Below, piece after piece: positions 27,742 through 36,257 of a DNA stretch of 64,000 nt; positions within the stretch are counted from its first letter, which is position 1, and every line of letters starts with the position of its first letter. A program made the position numbers and the translations under genes. The DNA is from Kofleriaceae bacterium (GTDB lineage Bacteria; Myxococcota_A; Polyangia; Haliangiales; Haliangiaceae): the NCBI GenBank assembly GCA_036499725.1, contig DASYDE010000107.1, positions 22,095 through 86,094 of the forward strand, given 5' to 3'. The notes under the pieces are model-generated. The model was not told where the DNA came from. It was given only the letters and a program-made list of their open reading frames with translations, and did not search any database.

Positions 27742-28832
27742 TTCACGATCTTCACCCGGCTGTCTTCTGATCGAACGTCCGGTCCCGCCGGAGGCGCGGC
27801 GCTCACGCGACGGATGGCCTGGGAGTCGACGCACACGGTAATGCGCGCGTCTCGAAATCCGCTTGTTCGGAGCTCGGTGCCCAGCGGAATCGCGAGGCAG
27901 GTGCGCGCCTCGGTCGACGGTTGCGAGCCACCCTGCACGAATGCGGTCGAGGTGACACCGGCCCGTGAGCCATCGGGCCAGTAGAGCGTCGTCCCCACAG
28001 GAATCTCGATCCCAGGGACGTGACCGCTCGACGCGAGGACACCGAGGAGATCAGGGGAGTCGCCGTCACCCGCGCTCGAGTGACCTTGGAAGGACAGCAA
28101 GTAGGATCCGCACCCGTTGCGCTCGAACATGCGCGATCGATCGGCACTGACAGAGAAGGCAGGCACAGCCGCGTAGTCCCAAGGCGGCGCGTGCAACGGC
28201 ACTGCAGCACCGCCCAGACCGAGCGTCGCGTCGTTCGAGGTAATTGTCTCGAATCCGGGATTCGCAGTGTCGTCACCGCGGACAGGGATGTAGCTGCGTC
28301 CGATCGCGTCGTTCGGCGCGGTGACCGGGAACCACATTCCATCGACCCATGGTCGCCGTTGAACGATCGGTGTGCCCGGCAGCAGCTTCACGAACGTTCC
28401 ATCGCTGTACGTCTTCTCGAAGGGAACCGCGAGAACAGGCATCAGGTCCTCGCTCCTCACCCACAACTCGATCGCAAAGCTCTGGACCCAGAACGCACCA
28501 CTACCGAGACAGTGGACGCCCAGATTCGAGCCAGGCTGGAGCCAGTCTCGGGTATCGACGACTCGCAACCACTCGCCGCGATCCTCGAGCACACGCATCA
28601 CGTATCCCTGCCCGGGATGGGCGACGCGTCCCTCGCTGCCGAAGTCGTACTGCCTGACCGGCGTTGGATCGGTAGGGGATCGGTAGAACGGGGCGTCGAA
28701 CCACACCAGGACGAACTGATCTGCGGCTGAAGCACGCGGCGCGGTCTTCTCGGGTGTCGCGGTGGAAGGAGCGGCGGTCCAGCAACCCGCGAGTAGCGCG
28801 CACAGTGACAGTTGTCGTGCAAACGCGTTCAT
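27738..28832 (-). CDS. lipoprotein (hypothetical)
   Basis: Start re-set to ATG 28832 (MNAFARQLSLCALLAGC|W lipobox). The upstream 300 aa of the track ORF is Arg-rich shadow over the next gene. Confidence 0.65.
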   Translation of the reverse strand: MNAFARQLSLCALLAGCWTAAPSTATPEKTAPRASAADQFVLVWFDAPFYRSPTDPTPVRQYDFGSEGRVAHPGQGYVMRVLEDRGEWLRVVDTRDWLQPGSNLGVHCLGSGAFWVQSFAIELWVRSEDLMPVLAVPFEKTYSDGTFVKLLPGTPIVQRRPWVDGMWFPVTAPNDAIGRSYIPVRGDDTANPGFETITSNDATLGLGGAAVPLHAPPWDYAAVPAFSVSADRSRMFERNGCGSYLLSFQGHSSAGDGDSPDLLGVLASSGHVPGIEIPVGTTLYWPDGSRAGVTSTAFVQGGSQPSTEARTCLAIPLGTELRTSGFRDARITVCVDSQAIRRVSAAPPAGPDVRSEDSRVKIVN

Positions 28833-28882
28833 CGAGCGGTACCTAACACGCTCCTCACCGGGCAGCCAACCGTCAAGCGTCG

Positions 28883-30376
28883 TCAGCGCGCGAGGAGCGA
28901 TGCGCAGAATGCCTTGAGCGGCTCGCGGCGCTCGGGCGGGACGTACTCGACGTTGAGCTGACGATCGGTGACTTCCCAGAAGCTGGGATCTGCGTCGAGC
29001 AGCGCGGCCTCGCACGATTCGATCTCCTGCTTGGAGACGTCGTGCAGGTTCTCGCGGACAAGGCCCGCTTCGGCCTCGTGCTTCATCTGGATGAAGAAGC
29101 CGCCGAGGATGAGCTTGGCCTTGACCGCGTACGTGTGGAAGTCGTCGTCGGTGCGATGAGGGAGAGAGAGCACGTCCCCGAGGAGCGCGCGTGCGACAGA
29201 GCAATCCTTTTCGAACGCGCGCCGCGTGATGTAGCCGAGATCGAAGATCGCGAGCTGCGGCGCGAACACCATGCCATAGGTGCGCGCCATGCCGGCGTAG
29301 TAGCAGAAGTGCTCTCCGATCTCGCGGAGCAGCGTGGGTTGGCCGAGCAGGTCGCGCGCGAGGCGGCGGTACTGATGGAACGTGTCGTAGACGGCGCGGA
29401 TGTTCTTGGCCTTGATCGCTTCGCGCAGGTAGTTGTTGAAGAACCGGATCGCGAGGCGCAGGGCCTCGGTGTCCTTCTGCGCTTCGAACCGCGTCGCGAT
29501 CACGCGCAGTGCGTCGGAGAACGTCGACACAGAATCGGTGCTCGCCCGGCACGAGCGGAGAAAGCCGTGCTCGACCTGGAGCAGACACTTCATCTCGAAC
29601 CAGGTCTTGTTCTCGTTGAGCATCTCGAGCGCCTCGTCGGAGAGGCCGACAAAGTCGGCGCGATCGACGACGTACCACTCGCGTGGCATGCGCACCTTGA
29701 CGGCGCCGTAGTTGTCGAGCAAGACCTTGATGGCCCACACCGCTTCGGCGGCGACGTCGCGGTCATCGCGATCGAGGCTCTTGATCATGATCGTGCCGAG
29801 CTGCGAGATGCGCGTGCTGATCACCGTCTGCGCGTCGAGCGCGTCCGTCTTACGAGCCGCGACATCCTTGAGGATGTCCATCGCGTCATCGCGAAGACGC
29901 TGCACGAGGCGAGACGGATCGACGAACCGCACGACGTAGAAGAAGTACGGGATCAAGATCGCCCAGCCGACGAGCGCGAGAACGACGGCGGCCGTCACCG
30001 CCCAGGTCGGCGCGAACTTGGGGCCGATCATGTAGTCGACCCACAGCGTGTGCGCGGCGCTGAACACCATGAACGACAGCACCCAGCGGTTCACGCGATC
30101 GCGAAGGAACATCTCGATCAGCTTCGGCGTGTGCATGTTCGCCGTGAGCGGGATCGCGAGACCGATCGTCGCGAGGAGCATCGCGAGGATGTTGTTGGCG
30201 GCGCGCGCCATCGGCGACAGGAGATCTACGAGCTTGGCGTTGTTCGCGTCCTTCCACGTCGACGCGCCCCACGGCACGAATCCCGCCCGGTACCACTCGA
30301 TGGCGAGCTCGATACCAAACAGCAACGCGAACGCCACGAACGCCAGGACAAACGACCGCAATAGCAGCCGACGCAT
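28883..30376 (-). CDS. membrane protein with N-terminal TM bundle and large soluble domain (DUF2254-like by eye)
   Basis: 497 aa. About 4 N-terminal TM segments (FVLAFVAFALLFGIELAI; ILAMLLATIGLAIPL; VLSFMVFSAAHTLWV; AVVLALVGWAILIPYFFYVV), then a ~330-aa soluble region. Confidence 0.65.
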   Translation of the reverse strand: MRRLLLRSFVLAFVAFALLFGIELAIEWYRAGFVPWGASTWKDANNAKLVDLLSPMARAANNILAMLLATIGLAIPLTANMHTPKLIEMFLRDRVNRWVLSFMVFSAAHTLWVDYMIGPKFAPTWAVTAAVVLALVGWAILIPYFFYVVRFVDPSRLVQRLRDDAMDILKDVAARKTDALDAQTVISTRISQLGTIMIKSLDRDDRDVAAEAVWAIKVLLDNYGAVKVRMPREWYVVDRADFVGLSDEALEMLNENKTWFEMKCLLQVEHGFLRSCRASTDSVSTFSDALRVIATRFEAQKDTEALRLAIRFFNNYLREAIKAKNIRAVYDTFHQYRRLARDLLGQPTLLREIGEHFCYYAGMARTYGMVFAPQLAIFDLGYITRRAFEKDCSVARALLGDVLSLPHRTDDDFHTYAVKAKLILGGFFIQMKHEAEAGLVRENLHDVSKQEIESCEAALLDADPSFWEVTDRQLNVEYVPPERREPLKAFCASLLAR

Positions 30377-30382
30377 CGCCGC

Positions 30383-31477
30383 TTAGTCCTGCTCGTCTTC
30401 GAGGAAGGCGAAGTAGCGCTGCGGGAGATCGTCGAACTCCAGCGCGCCGCCGCAATTGGGACACTTGAAGACCGGCGGCTCGAGCGAGGCCGCGAGGATG
30501 GCCGCGCTTTGCAGCAGGCGCTCCTCCTGGTGATCACACGTGATGCAGTGGAACGGCGCGAAGAACGACGTCACCGTGCCGCGGCCGATCACGTCGTGCA
30601 CCATCGACGCCTGCAGGATGAACGGGACGCTGCACGCGTGGAACTCGTAGCCCTGGATGCGCGCCTGGCGCAGGAACTCGCACCACGCGCGAACGCCGAG
30701 CGAGTTCATGTACGTCACCTGCGCGACGTCGAACACGACGCGGCCGACCATCGCCGGCATCAGCTCGTCGAAGCGCGTCGCCTCCGTGAAATCTCCGCGC
30801 AGCACGACGCGCGTGCGCTCGCCGTCCTTGACGACTTGCCACTGCGTGAGCTTGCCGAGCACACCGCGCGCTTGATCGCTGAGCTTCTCGAATGCCACGC
30901 CCACCACCGTCTTTCCTTCGCGCGGCTGCGCCCACACGACATTCCCCGCGATGCTGACGGCGTCACCGCCATCCGGCGTGACCGACAACGCGACCGCTTG
31001 GCCCTCGGCGACCGGCTCCGCGATCATCAGGCGCACACCGTCGACGGAGAGGTTGGACACGGTCGCGTCGAGGCGCTTGCCCGCGATCGCCACCGTCGTC
31101 GCAAAGCCCTCGGTACCGGGGCGCGGCTCGCCGAGCTGCATCGCGACCGCGTCGTGGAGCTCGTCCGAGGTCATCGGCGCGATCAGCAGCTCGTCGCCAC
31201 CGGCGGCCGTGACGTCCTTCATCTCCTCGGGCGACAGGCGCTTGCCCGCGACGAGGATCACGCGCGTGGTGGGGCGCTGCGCCTTGAACGACCGGGAAAT
31301 ATCGTACCCGTCGGGGCTCGCTTCGAGCACGACGAGCGCGGGGGCCTCCTTGGTGAACAGCGCGCGCGTCTCGTCCGGTGTGGACGCGACGACCACCTGA
31401 ACGTCCAGGCGCTTGAACTTCTCCGCGCTGAAATGGCGGATCAGCTCGGCGTTATTCGAGACCAATACCTTCGGCAC
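30383..31477 (-). CDS. multidomain signalling protein: receiver-like, PilZ-like, STAS-like, C-terminal zinc ribbon
   Basis: 364 aa. A CheY-like N-terminus; a PilZ NxSxxG motif (VSNLSVDG) with no clear RxxxR; a STAS-like segment (VVFDVAQVTYMNSLGVRAW); and CITCDH...CPNCGG. Confidence 0.75.
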   Translation of the reverse strand: MPKVLVSNNAELIRHFSAEKFKRLDVQVVVASTPDETRALFTKEAPALVVLEASPDGYDISRSFKAQRPTTRVILVAGKRLSPEEMKDVTAAGGDELLIAPMTSDELHDAVAMQLGEPRPGTEGFATTVAIAGKRLDATVSNLSVDGVRLMIAEPVAEGQAVALSVTPDGGDAVSIAGNVVWAQPREGKTVVGVAFEKLSDQARGVLGKLTQWQVVKDGERTRVVLRGDFTEATRFDELMPAMVGRVVFDVAQVTYMNSLGVRAWCEFLRQARIQGYEFHACSVPFILQASMVHDVIGRGTVTSFFAPFHCITCDHQEERLLQSAAILAASLEPPVFKCPNCGGALEFDDLPQRYFAFLEDEQD

Positions 31478-31496
31478 CCGGCCGGAGCTTACCCTA

Positions 31497-34451
31497 TTAG
31501 ATGATCGCTCGCAGAATCGCGATCAGGGCGATCAGCGCGACGACCGCTCCCACCATCGCCGCGACGCCACGGATCAGGATGCCGCGGTCGAACGCTTCGC
31601 GCTCCGCCGTCAGCTTGTCGATCTCGGTCGTTCGCGCCGTGATCGCTCCGCGCAGGCGGTCGATGCGCATGTAGAGGTCCGCAAAGACCGGATCGTCGAC
31701 GCGGTTCAGGTTCACGAGCGTACCGAGCGTGACGAGCCGGCGCGAAATCTCTGCCTCCGCCGTCCCGATCTCGCGCGTCTTGCGCTTCTGCTCGGCGTCC
31801 AGCTCGGCGAGGCGGTGCCCGTGACCCTCGCGCGCGTCGCTGAGGGCGCGCTTCGCCGTCTCCACACCCGCTTTCGCGGCGTCGACCTTGGTCAGCGTTT
31901 CCGCGATCGGTTTCTCGATCTGCGTGAGCCGCCGATCCACCTCTTGGCGATCTGGCTCCAGCGACGCCGCCTCGCGACGATGTTGCTCCGCACTGCGCCG
32001 CAGCTCCGCGCGCGTGTCGCCCATTTGCTGGGCCGCGCTCTGCTTGTCGTTGTCCTCGGCTGCCTTGAGGTACGCCTTCTGACGGCGCTCGAGCTCCTTG
32101 CGCTTGTCGCGCATCCCGCGCCGCTGCCCCTCGAGCGTCTGCAATTCGCGCCCGAGCTCTTCGAGCACGCGCTCTGCCTCCGCGAGGAGCGTCAACTTCT
32201 CGCGCTCGATCTCGACGAACTTGGAGACCTCTTCGCCACGCCGGCCATCCACCTCGCCATGCTCTTTCGCGAGCAAGCCCATCCGTCCTTCGGCAGCCGT
32301 GATCGCGTTGTTCTCGCCCGAGAACACTTTGCCCTGCACGTTCTGCGACCGCGCCATCTTGCCGAGCGCGCCGAGGACTTCGTCGAGCGCACCGGTGTCC
32401 TGCTTGATCTCGAGGTGCAGCATCTTGATCGCGCCGCGCCGCTGCCACCACGCGCGCCCGAACCGCACGGCGTACTTCGCGCTGTTGACCAACCCGGGCT
32501 CGGGGATCTCGGGGACCGGCGAGACACTCGGCGGCTGGAACGGTCGATCGTGATGCAGCTCGAAGTTACCGATCCTCGTCGGCGGAGGCGTGTTTCCCGG
32601 CCGGTCCGTATACGCGGCCGCTTCGCTCGTATTCGGGTCATACGGCTCGGCCTCGACGCTCGTGTTGAAGTCGTCGCCGAATGCGCTCTGCGGCACGTGC
32701 GATGCGCCCTCGCCCTGCCGACGCGCCCTGCCCGCGGGATCGCGCGCCTCGACCGGCGGCGCGGGCCTGCGCTGCGCAGCGGGTCCCGGTGAAATCCCGG
32801 CGAGCAGCGAGCGTCGCGCCGCATCATCGTTCGGCGGAGGCGGCAACGAAGGCGCACTCTCGCGCCCCGGCTCCGACGACGGCGGCAACATCGCGCTCGT
32901 GCTCGTGCGTGACGCGCGCCCTGCTGGCGACAGCCCAGCCGCCGCTTGATTGGCCGCACCCTGCGATCCCCACGTCGTCTGGCCCGTCGGTGATGACCAG
33001 TCCGGCGGCTCCTCGCCGTTGCCCGCGATGGACGCCGCACTCTGCCGCGGCGGAGGCGGCCCGAGCTCGGCGTGACTGCCCGGGCGCGCTTCTTTGCTCC
33101 CCGGCGAGACCATCGTGCCCGGTTGCCCGAACGGCGAATTGCCCGTCGTGGTGCGCGACTGCGCCGGCAACTCGAGCGCCGGCGACGACATCAGCGGTGG
33201 TCCTCCGACGGGCGCGTTCGCCGTGTTCGGTTCGAGCGCGGGCGGCACCAACGCGGGCGACGACATCAACGGCGGGCCCGCACCCGGGATCGGCGGCGGT
33301 GAGCTCGATCGACCCGCGCGCGGAATCGGCGGCGGCGCGCTCGGGCGATTCGCACGTCCGCTCGGCGCCGCGCTCGACGAAGTTTCCGGCAACGGGATCA
33401 CCGGCGACGACATCAGCGGCGGACCGCTCGGCGGCACAGGAGCGCCGATGTTCGAGGACGACGCATCGTTCGGCAGCGGGATCACCGGCGACGACATCAG
33501 CGGCGGTCCGCTCGGTGCCGCGGTTTGATTCGGCGGATATCCGCTGCCGACATTCGACGACGATGCATCGTTCGGTAGCGGGATCACCGGCGACGACATC
33601 AGCGGCGGCCCTCCCGTCGGCGGCGCTTGGCTCGGCGTCTTCGCGCGCACCGGTCCGCTCGGCTGCGACGGCGCTCGCGTTGGTCCGCTGGCCGGCTGCG
33701 CTCCAGCCATCGGCAACGTCGACTCCGTGCGCGGTGTTCCCACCGGCGGTGGCTTTGTCGTCGACCCAGTGCGCGGTGCACCGATCAGCGCACCCGTCGG
33801 TCCGGTCCGCGCCCCCGACGACGGCGACGATGGCGACGATGGCATCGGGGCACTCACGGCTCCCGTGCCCATCGGCGCGGTGTTCGGCGCCGATGCCGAC
33901 ACACCCGGAACGCCCGTCGACGACGCATCGTTGGGGCGTGCACCCGCGACGGTCAATCGCGTCGACGATGCGTCGTTGCCGAGCGTCGACGGGCGCGCGG
34001 AGACGCCGAACAGCGACGGTGCGCCTCCCGGTGCAAGCGGCATGTACGCGGCGGCGGCAGGCTGCGTCTCCGTCGAGATCGCCGATGCAGCGACCTCCGT
34101 CGCGACACCCTCCGAGAACGGATTCGATGCCGTCATCGGTTGCGTGGTGGGCGAAGGCGGCGCGGGCGCGTGCGGCTGAATACCGGTGCCCGGCGCTGTC
34201 GCTCCGGCTGGCATTCCAGGCGGGACAGGTAGCGGAGAATCCGGCGCGGTCGGTGGTGCGGGGACGTTCTGCGGAGCGACCGACGGCCCCGTGCTCGGCC
34301 GACGCGGCGGTGGCGCAGGACGCGGCGGCAACTGCACACCGGTCGGCGGTGCGTTGCGACGGCGAGGCGCGGGCGGCATGCGACGGGCGCACGCGACGCA
34401 CGACGCGGCCTCCTCGGTGTTCTCGGCCTGGCAGAAGGGACAGAAGCGCAT
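31497..34451 (-). CDS. tail-anchored protein: N-terminal zinc ribbon, ~600-aa Pro/Ser/Ala-rich repeat region, coiled coil, C-terminal TM
   Basis: 984 aa. MRFCPFCQAEN...CVAC, five GPPLMSSP-containing repeats, a long coiled coil, and the terminal GVAAMVGAVVALIALIAILRAII. TAGATG junction with the upstream gene. Confidence 0.75.
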   Translation of the reverse strand: MRFCPFCQAENTEEAASCVACARRMPPAPRRRNAPPTGVQLPPRPAPPPRRPSTGPSVAPQNVPAPPTAPDSPLPVPPGMPAGATAPGTGIQPHAPAPPSPTTQPMTASNPFSEGVATEVAASAISTETQPAAAAYMPLAPGGAPSLFGVSARPSTLGNDASSTRLTVAGARPNDASSTGVPGVSASAPNTAPMGTGAVSAPMPSSPSSPSSGARTGPTGALIGAPRTGSTTKPPPVGTPRTESTLPMAGAQPASGPTRAPSQPSGPVRAKTPSQAPPTGGPPLMSSPVIPLPNDASSSNVGSGYPPNQTAAPSGPPLMSSPVIPLPNDASSSNIGAPVPPSGPPLMSSPVIPLPETSSSAAPSGRANRPSAPPPIPRAGRSSSPPPIPGAGPPLMSSPALVPPALEPNTANAPVGGPPLMSSPALELPAQSRTTTGNSPFGQPGTMVSPGSKEARPGSHAELGPPPPRQSAASIAGNGEEPPDWSSPTGQTTWGSQGAANQAAAGLSPAGRASRTSTSAMLPPSSEPGRESAPSLPPPPNDDAARRSLLAGISPGPAAQRRPAPPVEARDPAGRARRQGEGASHVPQSAFGDDFNTSVEAEPYDPNTSEAAAYTDRPGNTPPPTRIGNFELHHDRPFQPPSVSPVPEIPEPGLVNSAKYAVRFGRAWWQRRGAIKMLHLEIKQDTGALDEVLGALGKMARSQNVQGKVFSGENNAITAAEGRMGLLAKEHGEVDGRRGEEVSKFVEIEREKLTLLAEAERVLEELGRELQTLEGQRRGMRDKRKELERRQKAYLKAAEDNDKQSAAQQMGDTRAELRRSAEQHRREAASLEPDRQEVDRRLTQIEKPIAETLTKVDAAKAGVETAKRALSDAREGHGHRLAELDAEQKRKTREIGTAEAEISRRLVTLGTLVNLNRVDDPVFADLYMRIDRLRGAITARTTEIDKLTAEREAFDRGILIRGVAAMVGAVVALIALIAILRAII
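33150..33615 (-). repeat. five coding repeats built around GPPLMSSP(V/A)(I/L)
   Basis: The antisense core CATCA(G/A)CGG(C/T)GG recurs at about 33189, 33264, 33411, 33495 and 33597. The two best copies are 102 nt (34 aa) apart, with long identical stretches (GCATCGTTCGG.AGCGGGATCACCGGCGACGACATCAGCGGCGG). Confidence 0.85.
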
Positions 34452-36257
34452 CTAGTGCTGCGCCTCCGCTGGGCGGCCTTGCAGCGGCAACCCGATGAAG
34501 TCGAACGTCTTGGGCTTCTTTGCTGGCGCGGCGAAGTGCTGCTCGGGGTCGTAGACCACCTCTCCGTCGACGATCGTCGCCACTACTTTGTTTTTTAGCA
34601 GAGACTTGTCGCCCGCGAGGGGCAACGCGTAGATGGTCAGATCCGCCTTGAAGCCGGGCGCGATCCGACCGCGTGTAGTCTCCTCGAACTGCGCGTACGC
34701 AGCACCGCTGGTAAATGCGGCGAGCGCTTCGGCGAACGTCAGGCGCTGTTCGGGGTACCAGCCTGCGGCGGGAGATCCGTCAGCGTCCTGGCGCGTCGTC
34801 GCCGCGTAGAGCCCGAGGATCGGCGAGACCTCCTCGATCGGAAAGTCTGAACCAAACGCGAGCGGGATCGATCGATCCAGCATCGTGCGCCACGCATAAG
34901 CCCCGCGAATGCGCTGCTTGCCGATGCGCTGCTCGGCCCACCGCATGTCGCTCGTCGCGTGCGTCGGCTGCATCGATGCGATCGCGTGGGCGCGCACGAA
35001 CTTCTCGAAGTCCTCGGGGCGAACGACCTGCGCATGCTCGACGCGCAAGCGCTGATCGGTGCTGCCTGCCTTGGTCTCTGCCGCGATAAATCCGTCGAGG
35101 ACAGAGCCGACCGCCGCGTCGCCGATCGCGTGCACTGCGACCTGCCAACCGTGCGCGACGGCGAGATCGATGTTCGCGGCGAGTTGCTCGGGCGTGGTGA
35201 CCCAGAGGCCCGAGGATTTCGGCTCGTCGTCGTACGGCTTGAACAAGCGCGCACCGCGCGAGCCGAGTGCGCCGTCCGCGAAGAACTTCACGCCGCGCAC
35301 GGTGAGGCGATTGGTCGACGCGACAGGTGGCGTGGACAGACCGGCGATGACGGCGGGCTTGCTGCCGTCGAGGAACGCGTAGACGTGCAGCGGTAGGTGA
35401 TTGGCAGCGGCGAGGCGCGCGTAGACGTCGGCCGTCTCTGGCTCGATGCCCATCTCGTCGACGCCCGTGATCCCGGCCGCGATGGCGAGCTGCGCGGCGG
35501 CACGGATGCGTCGCTCGCGCATTTCGGGCGTGGCCGCTGGCATCACGTTCTCGACGAGGTCGAGCGCGTTGTCGACGAGGACGCCGGTCGGATTGCCCTT
35601 GGCGTCGCGCATGATCTTGCCGCCGGCCGGATCCTTGGTGTCGCGCGTGATGTGCGCGGCGGCGAGCGCGGCGGACGAGCACCACGCGGCGTGACCGTCG
35701 ACGCGGCGCAGATAGGTCGCGCGATTCGGGAACGCGGCGTCGAGCGTCTCTTTCGTCGGCCACGCAGCCTTGGGCCAGCGCGTCTGATCCCAGCCGCGGC
35801 CCGTGATCCACTCGGTGGGTCCAAACCGCGTCACATCGGCTTTGACCGCGCTGATCGCGTCAGCCTCCGAGATCGTCTCCTTGAGCAAGACGCCATCGAG
35901 CGCCAGACCGAGGCCATAGAGGTGCGCGTGTGCGTCGACGAGTCCGGGCGAGATGGCGCCATCGAGCACGACGCGCTGCGTGCCGTGCCCGACGAGCTTG
36001 GCGAGGTCCTCCGGCGCGCCGACGCCGACGATCGTGTCACCGTCGATCGCGATGGCGGTCGCCGTCGGGTGCTCGGGGTCGTTCGTGACGATCTGCGACG
36101 CCGTGACGAGGTAGTCGACGCCATCGTTGGCGCCGGGCCGCTCGTCGGACGAGACGAGCGGTGGGGGCGGCGTGGTCGTCGACGGACCTTGACTGCTGCC
36201 GCACCCCGCGAGGCAGCTAATCAGTAAGCCCGATCGCGAGATAGACCTGAATATCAC
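34452..36257 (-). CDS. amidohydrolase-family (metal-dependent hydrolase, YtcJ-like) lipoprotein
   Basis: HxH metal motif (GLVDAHAHLYG) and a long amidohydrolase_3-like body. Start set at GTG 36257, giving the lipobox LLISCLAGC|GSS. ATG 36272 and ATG 36281 are alternatives. Confidence 0.85.
   Translation of the reverse strand: MIFRSISRSGLLISCLAGCGSSQGPSTTTPPPPLVSSDERPGANDGVDYLVTASQIVTNDPEHPTATAIAIDGDTIVGVGAPEDLAKLVGHGTQRVVLDGAISPGLVDAHAHLYGLGLALDGVLLKETISEADAISAVKADVTRFGPTEWITGRGWDQTRWPKAAWPTKETLDAAFPNRATYLRRVDGHAAWCSSAALAAAHITRDTKDPAGGKIMRDAKGNPTGVLVDNALDLVENVMPAATPEMRERRIRAAAQLAIAAGITGVDEMGIEPETADVYARLAAANHLPLHVYAFLDGSKPAVIAGLSTPPVASTNRLTVRGVKFFADGALGSRGARLFKPYDDEPKSSGLWVTTPEQLAANIDLAVAHGWQVAVHAIGDAAVGSVLDGFIAAETKAGSTDQRLRVEHAQVVRPEDFEKFVRAHAIASMQPTHATSDMRWAEQRIGKQRIRGAYAWRTMLDRSIPLAFGSDFPIEEVSPILGLYAATTRQDADGSPAAGWYPEQRLTFAEALAAFTSGAAYAQFEETTRGRIAPGFKADLTIYALPLAGDKSLLKNKVVATIVDGEVVYDPEQHFAAPAKKPKTFDFIGLPLQGRPAEAQH

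Noticed and set aside
32681-34498. 605-aa plus-strand ORF, and the 525-aa minus-strand ORF at 32824-34401, over the Pro-rich repeat region
   Set aside because: Stop-poor, low-complexity DNA. Only the 31497-34451 frame links a zinc ribbon, the repeats, a coiled coil and a terminal TM segment into a coherent protein with a clean TAGATG junction.
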